The notes under the pieces were generated by a model. It saw nothing but the letters and a program-made list of their open reading frames with translations. It searched no databases and was not told where the DNA came from. Of a stretch of 64,000 nucleotides of DNA, positions 1 to 13,917 are shown one piece after another; positions within the stretch are counted from its first letter, which is position 1, and each line of letters begins with the position of its first letter. The stretch comes from Malacoraja senta (taxonomy: Eukaryota): NCBI GenBank assembly GCA_038087875.1, contig CM075987.1, positions 22,446,001-22,510,000 of the forward strand, read 5' to 3'. The position numbers and the translations under genes were made by a program.

Positions 1-640
1 ATTCATAGCAAAAGGATTTGAGTATAAGAGCAGGGAGGTTCTACTGCAGTTGTACAGGGTCTTGGTGAGACCACACCTGGAGTATTGCGTACAGTTTTGG
101 TCTCCTAATCTGAGGAAAGACATTCTTGCCATAGAGGGAGTACAGAGAAGGTTCGCCAGACTGATTCCTGGGATGGCAGGACTTTCATATGAAGAAAGAC
201 TGGATAGGCTCGGCTTGTACATGCTAGAATTTAGAAGATTGAGGGGGGATCTTATAGAAACTTACAAAATTCTTAAGGGGTTGGACAGGCTAGATGCAGG
301 AAGATTATTCCCGATGTTGGGGAAGTCCAGAACTAGGGGTCACAGTTCAAGGATAAGAGGGAAGTCTTTTAGGACCGAGATGAGAAAATCATTTTTTACA
401 CAGAGAGTGGTGAATCTGTGGAATTCTCTGCCACAGAAGGTAGTTGAGGCCAGTTCATTGGCTATATTTAAGAGGGAGTTAGATGTGGCCCTTGTGGCTA
501 AAGGGATCAGGGGGTATGGAGAGAAGGCAGGGATGGGATACTGAGTTGGATGATCAGCCATGATCATATCGAATGGCGGTGCAGGCTCGAAGGGCCGAAT
601 GGCCTACTCCTGCACCTATTTTCTATGTTTCTATGTTTCT
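1..640 (+). mobile_element. CR1-clade LINE 3' end (ORF2 C-terminus, (TTTCTATG)n tail)
   Basis: LVRPHLEYCVQFWSP...TRGH...FFTQRVVNLWNSLP is the CR1 ORF2 C-terminal signature; tandem octamer tail. Confidence 0.95.
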
Positions 641-3600
641 CCAAAAACTCAAGCACTGCATGAGTGGTTCCATCGCAGGTTAGAAAACAAGACAGAGTTC
701 TCTCCAAAATGTCCCATCAAACGATCCAAGGATGTATATGGTGCCATCTAAAATTGTCCATCTCAATCATATTCCATTCTTAGCTTGAAATGTATCGTAA
801 TTCTTCATCATTGCTGGGCCAAAATACGAGAACATCCAGGACACCTAAAGGCACCATGGAGGTACTCTTCATGACAAAGACTACAGGTCTGTACAGGTGG
901 CTCACTAGCACCTTCTCCAGGGTACTTGGGGAAGGGCAACAGTAAATGTTTATGATTCTTAAAAGTAACATGTTACATGTAATTCTATGCCCACGTCATG
1001 TTCCACTCAAAACCCTTTCCATCTCTTACATCTAACTCGCTCAGCAGAATTCTCCCTCATTTGCTTACTTATCCTCACCTTAAATACATCTGCTCTATTC
1101 ATTACCAACCCTCTTTCGTAACAAGTTCCATATATTCACCATTTCCTGCAGCATCGCCTGGATTGTTTGGTCAAGTTTCTACAGTAGGACTTGAACCCCA
1201 GAACTGTAATCAGGTTTTAACCTTTACTCTACCTGTTCTGGTTTAATAGTTGGAATCATTCATGGTTTGTGGACATTGCTGGCAAGACCACCATTGCCCA
1301 TCCTTAATTGTCCTTCAGACAGTGGAGGTGAGCTGCCTCCTGAACCAGGAGTGCATTACGCTGCTAGAAATGTGGTCTTTCAAAGGATGTGTGTAGATTG
1401 CCTACACTTACAATTGGATATAAATGATCCTGTGGCACTGGTTTGAAAGTTCTGGTCAATAGTTATCTTCTAATCAACATGGTCATAATCTCACTGTTGC
1501 ATTCAAAAACCTGCCGCATTGAAAACTGACCTCCATTTCATCACATCAGGGAGACCATCTTAAAGATTCTTATCTGTCAGAAGTGCTTGGGGGTGCGCTG
1601 AAAGGGATGCAAAGGGGCTATATAAATGCAAGCCATTTGCTGGCGAACTCGAAAAGTCTGGTTCCAAATACTTCCATATTCAAACACACAAGGAATTGCA
1701 GATGCTGGAATGTTGCATAGAACACAAAGTGCTGAAGTAACTCAGCACATCACTGGAGGATGAGATAGGCGGCGTTTTGGGTCGGGACCCTTCGTCAGAC
1801 CACAAATGCAGTATTTGTTTGGGCAAGTCTTTGGTAGATTGTCGAGAGGTGGTGAATCATAGAATCCTATAGCATGGTAAGTCCATTCAATCATTTGGGT
1901 GTGTGTGTACCAGCTATTTGAAAGGGCTTTCCAATTAATCTCGACAATATTTACAATTCATTTTTGAAAACTAGAGTGGAATCCACTTCTGTGTTGGTGC
2001 CACTGCAGATTTAAGAAACAGGATGCTTCATAAGGATGGGTCTTGACCCGAAACGTCACCCATTCCTTTTCTCCAGAGATGCTGCCTGTCCTGCTGTGTT
2101 ACTCCAGCTTTCTGTGTCTTTCTTTGCTTCATAAAGAAATTGTTTTCACTGAGGAGTAACAACTGCACCAGAATTACACAGGGTACACGCACTGAGTGTG
2201 GTAGAACTCAGAATTCAATACATGGTATGCTGTACGTTTGTGTCTGAGTATCTTGTGGTTGCAGACTATCCCAGAACACAGGAATTGTAAGCATTTTAAT
2301 GTACTGCAGAACATTGGTGCAGCTTACTTTTTTTCCTCTTTCTCTATCTTGCTCACATTCTCTCGCCCGCTGTATCTTTATCATCCTTTTGTCTTTCTAT
2401 CCACCCTCTCTGACTCTCTCAGTCCCTATCCCCGTCAAGCAAATACATTGTGGAAAATAAAATGGGTCAGGACATGTGAAGGGAGAATTTTCTCTTCATA
2501 AACCCCTGCTTGCATTTTCAATGCCACTTCCATTTTCTCTTTCGCTCTCTCTCATTCCTTTCCTCTTTTAGTCTCTCTTCACACTCCGTTTTAAAAATCC
2601 TTTCTGTTTCTCTTTTATGCAATCTCTCTACCTCTCCACTGCTTTTAGTTGCACTCAGCCTCTCCCTTCATTTCAAATCCTCTCACCCTTTGTTTTTTTC
2701 TTTTTCTCTCTCCCGCAATATGTTTTACATTCATTTTTTCATTTCAGATTCCTCACTCTTTCCAATCCTCCCTCCAGGTTTATCCCTCCCACGGTCTTTT
2801 TTCCCCCCAGACTGTCTCACTCCCTCTAATCCTCTCCCCAGTTCTCTCTCTCACTCTCTCTCCAGTCTTTCTCTCAAACCCACGCCTTCTCCCTCCCCTC
2901 CCCCGCCTGCACGGCTTCAGTCACCACCCTCGCCTTTCATCCCCGCCTTCTCTTCCATAATTCAAACCCCTGTCAGGCCTGTTCCAGACGAGTGGCGCCA
3001 ACAGCTCACAGACTCTCGTCAGGAAGAGAGGGGGGGAAAATGAAAAACGTATGAAGAAACAAAGACCCAGGGAAATAAAAACAAAAAAATTATAAAATTT
3101 ATGTAATAAAAAGAAATGTGTAAAAGAATTAACATCCACCTTTTTTCTCTCTCTGAGACTAATGGATATCAGAAGCTGGTTTTCACAGAATTTCTGAGAA
3201 CAAAGTTCTTTATTGGGCTTATGGAGCTGGAGTTGATGAATTGATTTCTCTGGAGAGCCCTCTCTCTCTCTCTCTCTTTCACACAGCATCACTGCTGCAG
3301 CTTGCCTTATGCTACCAGCCAAACTTCACGATGCTGCAGTTCCCCCACCCACCCTGCTCCCTGCATCTCAACAACTTGCACGTTGAAAGCCTGCCAGCCA
3401 AAAGCTCCCGCTTCTGATGGTGACTGAAATCTCAAAGTGAAAAACTCAGGATAAATAAGAAATGAAAGAATGTGCATTTATAATGCACCCGACACCACCC
3501 CAGAAAGTCGCATAATACATGACAGCCAACGAGACGCTGCTGAAATGTGGTCTCTTATTTTAATGTAGGAAGCACAGCATCCAAGTTATACACAGCATGA

Positions 3601-4334
3601 TCCCACAGCATTGTTCTGCTCCCACCTCTTTTTCCGTTTTCTCCCCCGGCTACAATCTGTCAACAGAAGGGCCCCGACCCAAAACATTGCCTGTCCTTCC
3701 CTCCACAGATGCTGCCTGGCCCGCTGAGCTCCTCCGGCACTTTGTGCTTTCATCATGATCCCACAAACAATGTGGTAATGATCACAAGATCTTTCTTAGT
3801 TACCAATACAAGTTCCAGGGACTTTGAGATAGTTCTTTATCATTTTAATTTTTCTGCCTTTCACCTATCACAGATTTTCATGGGTTCACTAATTCCCTTC
3901 CCCCTTTTCTCTGTTCCCTGTTCCGATGAATGGTCACCAACCTGAAATGCAAACTCAATTTTCTCTCCACAAGGGTCATGACAGAATATCAACCATCCTT
4001 TTGCTTCCACAGATGATCCTTAGCCCCAGCAGCTCTCTCTCCACAGATCCTGCCTTACCTACTGAGTATTTCCACCAATTGTATTTTTATTTTAGATTTC
4101 CAGCACCTGCAGTTACTTTGCTTTGCACTGGGAAGAACTTCCGTAATTTCCTTTTGATTTTCAGCCATACGGTCCTTTGCACCCACCTGAGATGTCAGAC
4201 AAGGCTTCAGTTTAACGGGGCATCTAATCAGAAGATAGCAACTCCACCGTGGAGGCCTCTTGTCAGTAGTGCACTGCAGATGTCATGGAGTTGTATTGCA
4301 TCAAAATATGCCCTTCAGCCCGCTCTATGCTGAC

Positions 4335-4859
4335 CAATAGACAATAGGTGCAGGAGTAGGCCATTCTGCCCTTCGTGCCAGCACCACCCATTCAATGTGA
4401 TCATGGCTGATCATCCCCAATTAGTACCCCGTTCCTGCCTTCTCCCCATATCCCCTGACTCCGCTATTTTTAAGAGCCCTATCTAGCTCTCTCTTGAAAG
4501 CATCCAGAGAACCTGCCTCCACCGCCCTCTGAGGCAGAGAATTCCACAGACTCACCACTCTCTGTGAGAAAAAGTGTTTCCTCGTCTCCGTTCTAAATGA
4601 CACTCCTTATTCTTAAACAGTGGCCCCTGGTTCTGGACTACCCCAACATCGGGAACATGTTTCCTGCCTCTAGCGTGTCGAAACCCTTAACAATCTTATA
4701 TGCTTCAATGAGATGCCCTCTCATCCTTCTAAACTCCAGAGTGTACAAGCCCAGCTGCTCCATTCTCTCAGCATATGACAGTCCCACCATCCCGGGAATT
4801 AACCTTGTAAACCTACGCTGCACTCCCTCAATAGCAAGAATGTCCTTCCTCAAATTAGG
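4335..4859 (-). mobile_element. CR1-clade LINE 3' fragment ((ATTGTCT)n tail subfamily)
   Basis: ORF2 C-terminal peptides in ORFs 4638..4883 and 4421..4603. Confidence 0.92.
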
Positions 4860-6989
4860 TCTCACGACCCCTGGTTTACACAACCATGCCTCTCTATACT
4901 AATCCCACTTGCCTGCATTAATTCCATGTCCCTCAATGCTCCCCTCATTCAAGTACCGATCCGGAAGTCTCCCCCAATCTTGTTCCTGATCGTAACTCCA
5001 CCATCTCCTCTATCATCTCTTCGTGTGAGAAATTTACCACAGATCCCCTTTAAACTTCCTCCTCCTAACCGTAAGCCTATGACCTTTAATTTTACATACC
5101 CCTACACTGGAAAAAAAAGATTGTTACCGTCTACCTATATATGATTTTATAAACCTCTTCCCCACGCCACCCCTTCTCCGCCCCTCTATTGTGCCCCAGC
5201 TGGACTCGCACCCACTTCTCTCCTCCCCTCCCCCACCTACATTACATCCTTTGGCTTCACAGCTAACTCTTTACTCCATCTGAGACTCATATCACCTGCT
5301 TTTATCTCTGATCTTTGTGCAAAAGATCTGCCTATCAACCCCCCCCTCCTCATCTATGTCCACCTGCCATGCTTTATCCTGCCTCCTCTCTCCTCCAGCT
5401 TTCTTCACCCCCCCCCACAATCAATCTGAAGAAGGGTCCCAACACAAAACGTCACCTATCCATGTTCTCTAGAGATGTTGCCTGACCCGCTGAGTTATGC
5501 CAGTACTTTGTGTCATTTGGTGTAAACCAGCACTTGCAGTTCCTTTTTTCTACTGGATGGTATTGAGCTTGGTTGTGATGACAACGGCAATGAAGTACCT
5601 GGCTCACACTCACCACATGCATGATTAAAGGCATCTCAAACATTGGGCAATGGTACAGCCACTGTACAGATACAAAAAATGTGGGTTATTAAGGAAAACA
5701 AATGCATTTTGTGCAACACCATAGAGCAGCTTCCAGTAAAATCACAATTATTACTAAGGCTAACAATGCAACAATTGCAGATCCTGCAAACATTAAATTA
5801 AAGAAAAACTTTTCTTGGGATATGGCCATCAGTGGTAGGGCCAGGATTTATTTCACTGAGAAGATAAAGGTGATCTCACAAAGCTGTTAAGCTGAGAGTG
5901 CCAAATTTTCAATTTGGAAGACAAGAAAAAAAAAATGGAGTTCAGGGCCGGGGCAGTGGGCCTGTGGAGATGTTTCTTGTAGTGGGCAAGGATTAATGGA
6001 GGTAGGGAAGGGAAACAGCAGAGGTTGCTGAATGGATAATCTCAATGTTAATGCCAAAGAAGTCTGTGAGCTTCTGCACTGGTTAAAAGTTTAACCGTTG
6101 TACATCACCCACATTGCACTGTGGCTGCTTTCAAAAGCTTGAATGCACACACCACCAGACTCAGGAACACCTTCTTCCTCTCAGATTTCTCAATTGTCCT
6201 TCCATAAGTGAGGGTCTAGTTCCAATCTTCCCATCTACCACATTGCAGATATTGGGTGGTTTATCTGGAACTGTCATGCTACAATGCTAAAAACTTATAT
6301 TCTGCACTCTGCTATTTTTTTTCTTTGCTCTACCTGTTGAATTTGTGTATGACTTGTTTGTATTCATAAATGGTATTAATTGATTTGATTGGATAGCACA
6401 CAAACAAAAGCTTATTGTTGTATCTCTGTACACGTGTGTACATAAACCAATGCCAATACCCTACTTCATGTCTCATCGTCCTTTCTAACTTGGTGTTTGT
6501 TATATTCATCAATTACATAATAGATAAAGATCAACATGAAATTCTGGGGAACACCATTTGCAACATCTACATAGGACTGTGATTTGCCCTATTTATTGAC
6601 CATGAGAGTATGGGGACAACAGGGAGCTGGGGAAATTAGTGTTGAATGTTCTGGGAGTCACTATGGATCAATGGATTAACCCATAACCAGAAGTCAGGAA
6701 AGACAAAGTAGTTCTTAGAGACCTGTCGCAGCATTGCAGCTCTGGGGTGTTTCTGGATTGTGCACTGAGAGACAGGTTTGTGTGTGGACTCATGGATAAG
6801 CATGTTCAGTCTTAGTTACCAAGATCTAGTATAGACACAAAATGCTGGAGTTACTCAGCGGGACAGGCAGCATCTCTGGAGGGAATGAATGGGTGATATT
6901 TTGGGTTGAAACCCTTCTTCAGACTGAGAGTCAGGGGAGAGGGAAACTAGAGCTATGGAAGGGATTCAAAGAGAATGTAAGGTGTAAGA

Positions 6990-7768
6990 ATGTAAGACTA
7001 TTATCTAAATGGTGGCCGATTAGGAAATGGGGAGATGCAGCGAGACCTGGGTGTCATGGTACACCAGTCATTGAAAGTAGGCATGCAGGTGCAGCAGGCA
7101 GTGAAGAAAGCGAATGGTATGTTGGCCTTCATAGCAAGAGGATTTGAGTATAGGAGCAGGGAGGTTCTACTGCAGTTGTACAGGGTCTTGGTGAGACCAC
7201 ACCTGGAGTATTGCGTACAGTTTTGGTCTCCAAATCTGAGGAAGGACATTATAGCCATAGAGGGAGTGCAGAGAAGGTTCACCAGACTGATTCCTGGGAT
7301 GTCAGGACTTTCATATGAAGAAAGACTGGATAGACTTGGCTTATACTCGCTAGAATTTAGGAGATTGAGAGGGGATCTTATAGAAACGTACCAAATTCTT
7401 ATGGGGTTGGACAGGCTAGATGCAGGAAGATTGTTCCCGATGTTGGGGAAGTCCAGGACAAGGGGTCACAGCTTAAGGATAAGGGGGAAATCCTTTAAGA
7501 CCGAGATGAGGAAAAACTTTTTCACACAGAGAGTGGTGAATCTCTGGAACTCTCTGCCACAGAGGGTAGTTGAGGCCAGTTCATTGGCTATATTTAAGAG
7601 GGAGTTAGATGTGGCCCTTGTGGCTAAGGGGATCAGGGGGTATGGAGAGAAGGCAGGTATGGGATACTGAGTTGGATGATCAGCCATGATCATATTGAAT
7701 GGCGGTGCAGGCTCGAAGGGCCGAATGGCCTACTCCTGCACCTATTTTCTATGTATCTATGTTCTATG
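6990..7768 (+). mobile_element. CR1-clade LINE, 5'-truncated, same subfamily as 1-640
   Basis: Uninterrupted 211-aa ORF 7035-7670 (QRDLGV...RPHLEYCVQFWSP) with the same tail. Inserted in a Penelope remnant. Confidence 0.95.
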
Positions 7769-8244
7769 TAAAAAACACAGGTAAAAGCAGACGATGATAA
7801 ATGCAATGTTCATTGTTGGCTGAGGGGAAGGTGACAATGAGGCATACAAACTAGCCAAGACCTAGTGATTGGGCATGCAAGATGTCTTAGGAAAATTGAC
7901 CTCTGGAAATGTGAGGGAATCGCAACCCATGCAGACCACTAGTGTACATGCACTGTATGGGTTAATGGGTCTGAGTCACGTGAGCATAAGTGGTGTGAAA
8001 ACGGGTCTACTGGGAGTTTCTCTTCCATGGAAATGCGAGTTAGTTAGCAAAAGTGTGTTAGTTCAGAGCAGTAAAGTGTCGCAGTTTTGGAACCCACATG
8101 GTACACCAAGCTCATTCAAGCAATGTCTCCCTTCGATGGAAAACGATTACAGTGTAACTCCAGAAGGGAGGTTTACACAACACAGACTAATGTTAGAATT
8201 GAGAGCAGTTGACAAAAGGCTGCAGCCAGTTAAGGAGTTAAGGG

Positions 8245-8349
8245 TAGACAAAAGTGCTGGAGAATCCATAGATGCTGCCGCACCCGCTGAGTTTCTCCAG
8301 CACTTTTGTCTACCTTTGATTTTCCAGCATCTGCAGTTCCTTCTTGAAC
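8245..8349. mobile_element. Palindromic Penelope-derived short element with 13-bp TSD
   Basis: TSD aaggagttaaggg at 8232-8244 and 8350-8362; short inverted 5' arm. Confidence 0.8.
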
Positions 8350-9557
8350 AAGGAGTTAAGGGAATCACCTGAAAACCTAACAAAGTGACTGTGCACCAGC
8401 AGTGTCCAATATTAAATTAGAAATCAGACGTTGCCAAAGAGATAATACCATTTCACCACAATTTTTGTAGAAAGATGATCCTTTCTTTTGCAAAACGCAA
8501 AGTGCTGGAGGAACTCAATGGGTCAGACAGCAGCTGTGGAGGGAATGGATCGCTGACGGTTTGAGTCGGGACCATTCTCCAGACTGATTGGAAAGGGTGG
8601 CAGAAAGCTGGAAAAGAGAGGTGGGGGCAGGACAAAGCCTGGCAAGTGGATACAGAGGAGAGGGAATTGATTGGCTGATGGGTGCAGTGAGTGACAAAGG
8701 AGAAAAAAAAGGTGTCAGATTTCCCAATATGACTATGATAATAAATGCAGAGCTTCCAATTTAAACGCCTCTTTTGAGGCCACTCAGTGATGAGCCCACG
8801 ATACCCTCCACGTATTGGAAGACTATTTCCCAATCACAGAAGTAGAAATTGTTTGAGCTGCACAGAAGAACCTGTTTTGAAGTGCGTATTAATACACATT
8901 TAGCGGTTGGGCAGGTTTGAGTTTGAACAAAGACATGTTATTTCAATGAAGACACTATGAATTGTCCACTAATTAGGGATCCAGAAGGTGTGCAGTGTGC
9001 CAGGATCGCAGAACACTGACTCTGAAAGCATCGCTCCAAATATGAAAATTTAAAACAAAAATTGCTGTCACTGCTAATCTGAAATCAAGGAGCATCTTTG
9101 GAAAGTGAAACAAAGTTAACATGCTGGGTCTGAGATTGGGAAAGAGAAAATTAGTTCATTTATAGTTTCAGTGAAGAAGGTGGCATGATGGGAGAACAAG
9201 TCGAATATCTCTGGTAGGCTGAGACCAGAGACCAGAGACCAGTCTGAAGAAGGGTCTCGAACTCAAACGTCACCTATTCCTTTTCTCCAGAGATGCTGTC
9301 TGACCCGCTGAGTTACTCCAGCTTTTTGTGTCTATCTTCGGTTTAAAATAGCATCTGCAGTTCCTTCCTACACACCAGTTGATTTGATGGAACAATTAGA
9401 ATCAGGTGATGCTTCCTCATCGGTGTTACGTGTTGTTAATAGCAAGCCTGAGGAATGTGTAGATCAGGACAGACTGTACTAATAGAGAGAGAGAAAAACT
9501 GAGCTTTTTTGACAGGTAGAAATTGCCAGCTCCGATACAGAAAGAAAGAGAGAGTTA

Positions 9558-9875
9558 AACCCCTGTCCCACGGTACGAGTTCATTCCAAGAGCTCTCCCG
9601 AGTTTGCCCTGATTCGAACTCGGAGATTTACGGTAATGGCCACTCGTCGGTACCCGGGGCTCTCGTGGACATTTTTCATCATGTTGAAAAATCTTCACGA
9701 GTCTTCCCGTATTTACCTGCCGTTAGCGAGTCTTCCCGAGTACCTGCCGTTAGCGCTAAGAGACGTCCCCGAGCTCCGACGTACCGCTAGTTCATTCTCC
9801 GTGCTTACCACGAGTTTGATTTTTTTAAAACTCGGGAGAGCTCTTGGAATGAACTCGCACCGTGGGACAGGGCTA
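9558..9875. mobile_element. MITE with ~46-bp terminal inverted repeats (PIF/Harbinger-like)
   Basis: cccctgtcccacggtacgagttcattccaagagctctcccgagttt vs its reverse complement at 9829-9874 (2 mismatches). TTA/TAA flanks; no coding capacity. Confidence 0.8.
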
Positions 9876-10914
9876 TAAGTTACCCACAGTTGGATCTTTT
9901 GTGGTTGCATGCCATGACGTTGGGTGGAAGAGTCGATCAGTGAGTTACCAAGGAAGCAATCCCTTCAAGGAGAAGACAGGGGACAAAGAATCGTTATCTG
10001 AATCTCACAGCTACCTTACCCCGAGCAGAAATATTCCCTTTCTTTTTATCCATCCTTCCTCCATGTTCTCTGTTACTGAGAACTAACTTGTTTTCTAAAT
10101 TATTTTGTAAATTCGGGCAAAGGGCAATGTACCTGAAACATTAATCCTGTTTCTCATTCCACACACCTGTGAATATTTGCTGCATTTTTCTAACTCCAAG
10201 TAAGACCATTCCAGTAGTTCCATATGGATTATTGCAAATAAAAGAGTGGACAACCTCTCATTATTTACTGACAACTATATAAACGGTTAAAAGTGCAGGA
10301 TGCGGGATGATGTACCACCGCTGAAAGCACGATAGGGGTTCAGATAGGGGTCCATCTTTGCTCCACACAGATGTCCTGAAGCAGTCCGATCAGTTAAAGT
10401 CCATGGTTTAGATTTTCTCAATTAAAAACATTCATGAATTCAATGGAATAACACACAAATTTCCTTTTCCTACTACCCAAACAGAAGAAATTGAGGTTAG
10501 AGTCATAGAGTTGTACAGCATAGAAATGGGTCCTCTGGTCCCACATGTCCATGCTAACTGTGATGCCCATCCACACTAATCCTGTCTCCCCACATTCAGC
10601 ATGTATCCCTCTAATCCCTTCCTATTCATATATCTGTCAAATGCATTTTAAATGCCACAATTGTATCTGCCTCCAGCATTTCTTGTGGCAGCATGTTCCA
10701 TATACCCACTACCCTCATTCTCCTCAGCTCTCCTTGAAAATTTCCCCCTCTCATCTTAAACCCATGTTGTCTAGTTTTAGATTATCCTACCCTAGGTAAA
10801 AGACTGACGACGTATTACCTGATACATGCCTGGATTGAATTGCATCTGCTACCACTTTGCCCAACTTTATAACTGATGTACAACGCTCTGTATCCTTTCA
10901 TAATGTTCTTAGCT

Positions 10915-11440
10915 ATCTATGACTCTGCCAATTTTTTGTACTGCCAGTGTTCTCAATATCATCTTGATTGTTCCTTCTCCACTTCCTATGGTCAAGGGCC
11001 AGACATTCCCAAGAGTCAGCGGGAACGTTGCTGTCTTTCCCCAAGTTGGCTTTGAACATATTCTTGAATCCTTTCCTCTGTTCACCAACTAATTTCTTCA
11101 CATGGCCGAGCTTGAAATAGAGCGTCTGTTTCTGGAGCCTGGTGTCAGGCATGCAAATGATGTGAGCTGCTCACTGGTCCGACTGAATCAAACCAGTCTA
11201 GGGGATATTGTCCTGGGAGAGGATCCTAACAATGATTTGCTTCTCCTTCCAGTGAGTTTGGAAGAGTTTGAGGAGACACCTTTGGAGTGCCTGCTGCAGG
11301 TCCCAGAAGTATAACGAGGCAGGGCTTAAGGCTGCCTTGTAGACCATGAGTTTTACACCAGATCTTGGGTCTTAATCTTCATATACCCTTTTCCTCAATC
11401 ACATTAAAGCTGAGCTTGGACATTGAGGGTTATGGTAAAT
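10915..11440 (-). mobile_element. RTE-clade (BovB-like) LINE 3' fragment, degenerate
   Basis: KQTLYFKLGHVKKLVGEQRKGFKNMFKANL...WECLALDHRKWR resembles the RTE C-terminus; KLMVYKAA lies upstream. Confidence 0.65.
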
Positions 11441-11914
11441 GTCATCATGCTTAGATTAGGTTTGGGTTTATTATTGGCACATGTAATGACTTACAGTGAA
11501 GAGCTTTGTTTTGCATGCTATCCAATCATTAATATGTAATATTATACATAAATACAATGAAGCCGCAATAGGTAGAGCGAAAGGGCAGATACAGTGTGCA
11601 GAATATAGTTCTCAGCATTGTAGCGCATCAGTTCCATAGACAAAATCAATATCCACAACGAGGTAGAGGAGAATTTGGACAGTGCCTAGTTTATGTAAAG
11701 GGCTGATCAGAAGCATGATAACAAAGGGGAAAAATGGTTTCTGAGTCTAGTAGTGTGCGCTTTCATGCTTCTGTATCTTTTGCCCAATGGGAATGAGGAG
11801 TAGAAGGAATGACTGGGGTGGGACAAGTCTTTGATTATGTTGGCTGGTTTTTCTGAGGTGGCATGAAGTGTAGATGGGGTCAGTGGTGGGGAGTCTGGTC
11901 TCTGATGGACTGGG

Positions 11915-13575
11915 TGCCTTTGCCAAAAGGTGGCTCTTAAAATGTGGGAGGTGGTTCAGGTTTTCCAGCCATGAGCTTTGTCATCAGAGGGCGGCATTGC
12001 ACAGAATTGTGGAGGATAGACTTGGCCTCATTGCCATCCAATGTTCCATTCAGCTGGTCAATGCCATGTTACCTATTCTTCATGGAAGATTTCTTTCAGA
12101 AAAACATCTTTGACCACAAGTCTATGAGGCAGTGGTCAGCACGGAACATCCTGCAGATCTTGTGGGTCAAAGACACGAATGGATATTGAGGGGCGTTTCC
12201 CTGAGCAGATTACCCAAAACATCTGTCAGAATTCTTCATGATCGGAACTCACCAACAAGCACTAAGACCTTGCTTGGCTGGTATTGAGGGGGCCTTCCTT
12301 GTCAGATCCCTCCTGTTAAGTTGGAATCTCAGTCACAATGCACCCTGCTCTCATGGTGGCTGCGATGAGAATGGGACAGTTGCTCACTTCTCTGTGGACC
12401 GTGCATTTGCAAAGAAGGTATGAAGAAGGATGCAGGGAGCCTCGTTGCAGTTCACCTCGAGCAAGTGAACAACAGAAGACTCTGTTCCTAGTACTGCAGG
12501 AAGGTCATCAACTCGGTGAAAGAGATACTTTGTTCTGCCCGGAGCTTGTTGGTCTTCTTCTTCTTGCATATGGCATGCACAGCCTAAAGTTGTAGGACAA
12601 CTTGTTCTATTTGATCATATTTGATTGTGCACGCTAGGTTGATTGCATTTGTTGAAACAAGGCGGACCACGTGAAGGTTGCAATCTCCCACCCCAGCTTG
12701 TTGGTGTTCTGGTGCAACAAGATGTCCATTAGGGAATGCTGCCAACCAACACATTGCAGACTGCAGGAGTGCATGCTGAGGGACAGCCAGCAAAAGTTTT
12801 GTGGGGAAGGACTGGAGTATAGGTTCTTCTGCCACTGGACATTGATGGCTTGGTGTAGTATGGAAGCCTCTTAAACACTTGAAGTCTGTGTTGTCCCAGG
12901 AGCCCATGAGTGCCAATGATGCATAAATATGTTACACTCATCATCTGTGATCACTCGGAGTCGAGTATAATGATCCTCCCAGTGGGGTTCTCCAGTTGGA
13001 CACCTCTGTGTGACATCTTTTAACATGGGGAGACTGGTGCACAGACCGCTAACACATGTCCTTGACAGAGACAATCCCGGGTCCAATGCCATGGACTCCG
13101 CATGGATACTTCTGTTGGATCTCTTCTGCCGCCTTCTTCTGTCTTCTCAGCCATTGTGATTTATCATCTGCTAGTCAACCACGATCTATTTAAGGGTCCC
13201 TACCTGTAATATTGCCTATCCATTCCATCCACATATGCTGCCTGACCCACTGAATTGTAGTGAAAAGCATGTGGTGTTTTGCTCAAATCAGCATCTACAG
13301 TTCTTTATGTCACTATCCTCCACCTGTTTCACTGTTGAGGTCTTCTTGGACTGTAATTTGTCAGGAACCTCCCCCTCGACCTGCCAACCAAGGGTGACCA
13401 TGCCATGAGCATATCTAGTACAAGATCCTGTGCGCATTACACTTCCAATGTATAGAGCTGATTACACTGAATGTATGGACTGCACAACACCACCAATGGA
13501 AAGAGGCCCATGCACTATATTTTTGGTAATTCTATATTTTTTACAAATAAAGTTTATTTTGAAATTTAAAAAAAC
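11915..13575 (+). mobile_element. Tx1-clade LINE 3' remnant with internal insertions
   Basis: Frameshifted zf-RVT-like peptides (HQ..DLAWLVLRGA, TVAHF..DRAFAKKV, RECCQ..HCRLQECMLRD). Ends in aataaa plus an A-rich tail near 13546-13575. Confidence 0.55.
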
Positions 13576-13617
13576 AGGTTGATGGAGCACCTTTGTCTTG
13601 CAGATGATGTATTCAAG

Positions 13618-13917
13618 CAGCATCTCATATTTCGCTTGGGTAGTTTACACCCCAACGGTATGAACATTGACCTCCAATTTTAGGTAGTCCCTGCTTTCTC
13701 CTTCTTTCCCCTCCCCTTCCCAGCTCTCCCACAGCCCACTGTCTCCGCCTCTTCCTTTCTTCTTCCCGTCCCCCCCATCCCCACATTGTCTGAAGGGTCT
13801 CGACCCGAAACGTCGCCTATTTCCTTTGCTCCATAGATGCTGCTTCACCCGCTGAGTTTCTCCAGCATTTTTGTCTACCTTCGATTAATTCCAGCATCTG
13901 CAGTTCCTTCTTAAACA
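13618..13917 (+). mobile_element. 5'-truncated Penelope-like element with TSD
   Basis: QHLIFRLGSLHPNGMNID.. ORF end, pyrimidine-rich UTR and terminal repeat. Flanked by tattcaag at 13610-13617 and 13918-13925. Confidence 0.8.

Noticed and set aside
7035..7670. Host protein-coding gene
   Set aside because: C-terminus of CR1 ORF2, 5'-truncated, lacking the RT catalytic core.
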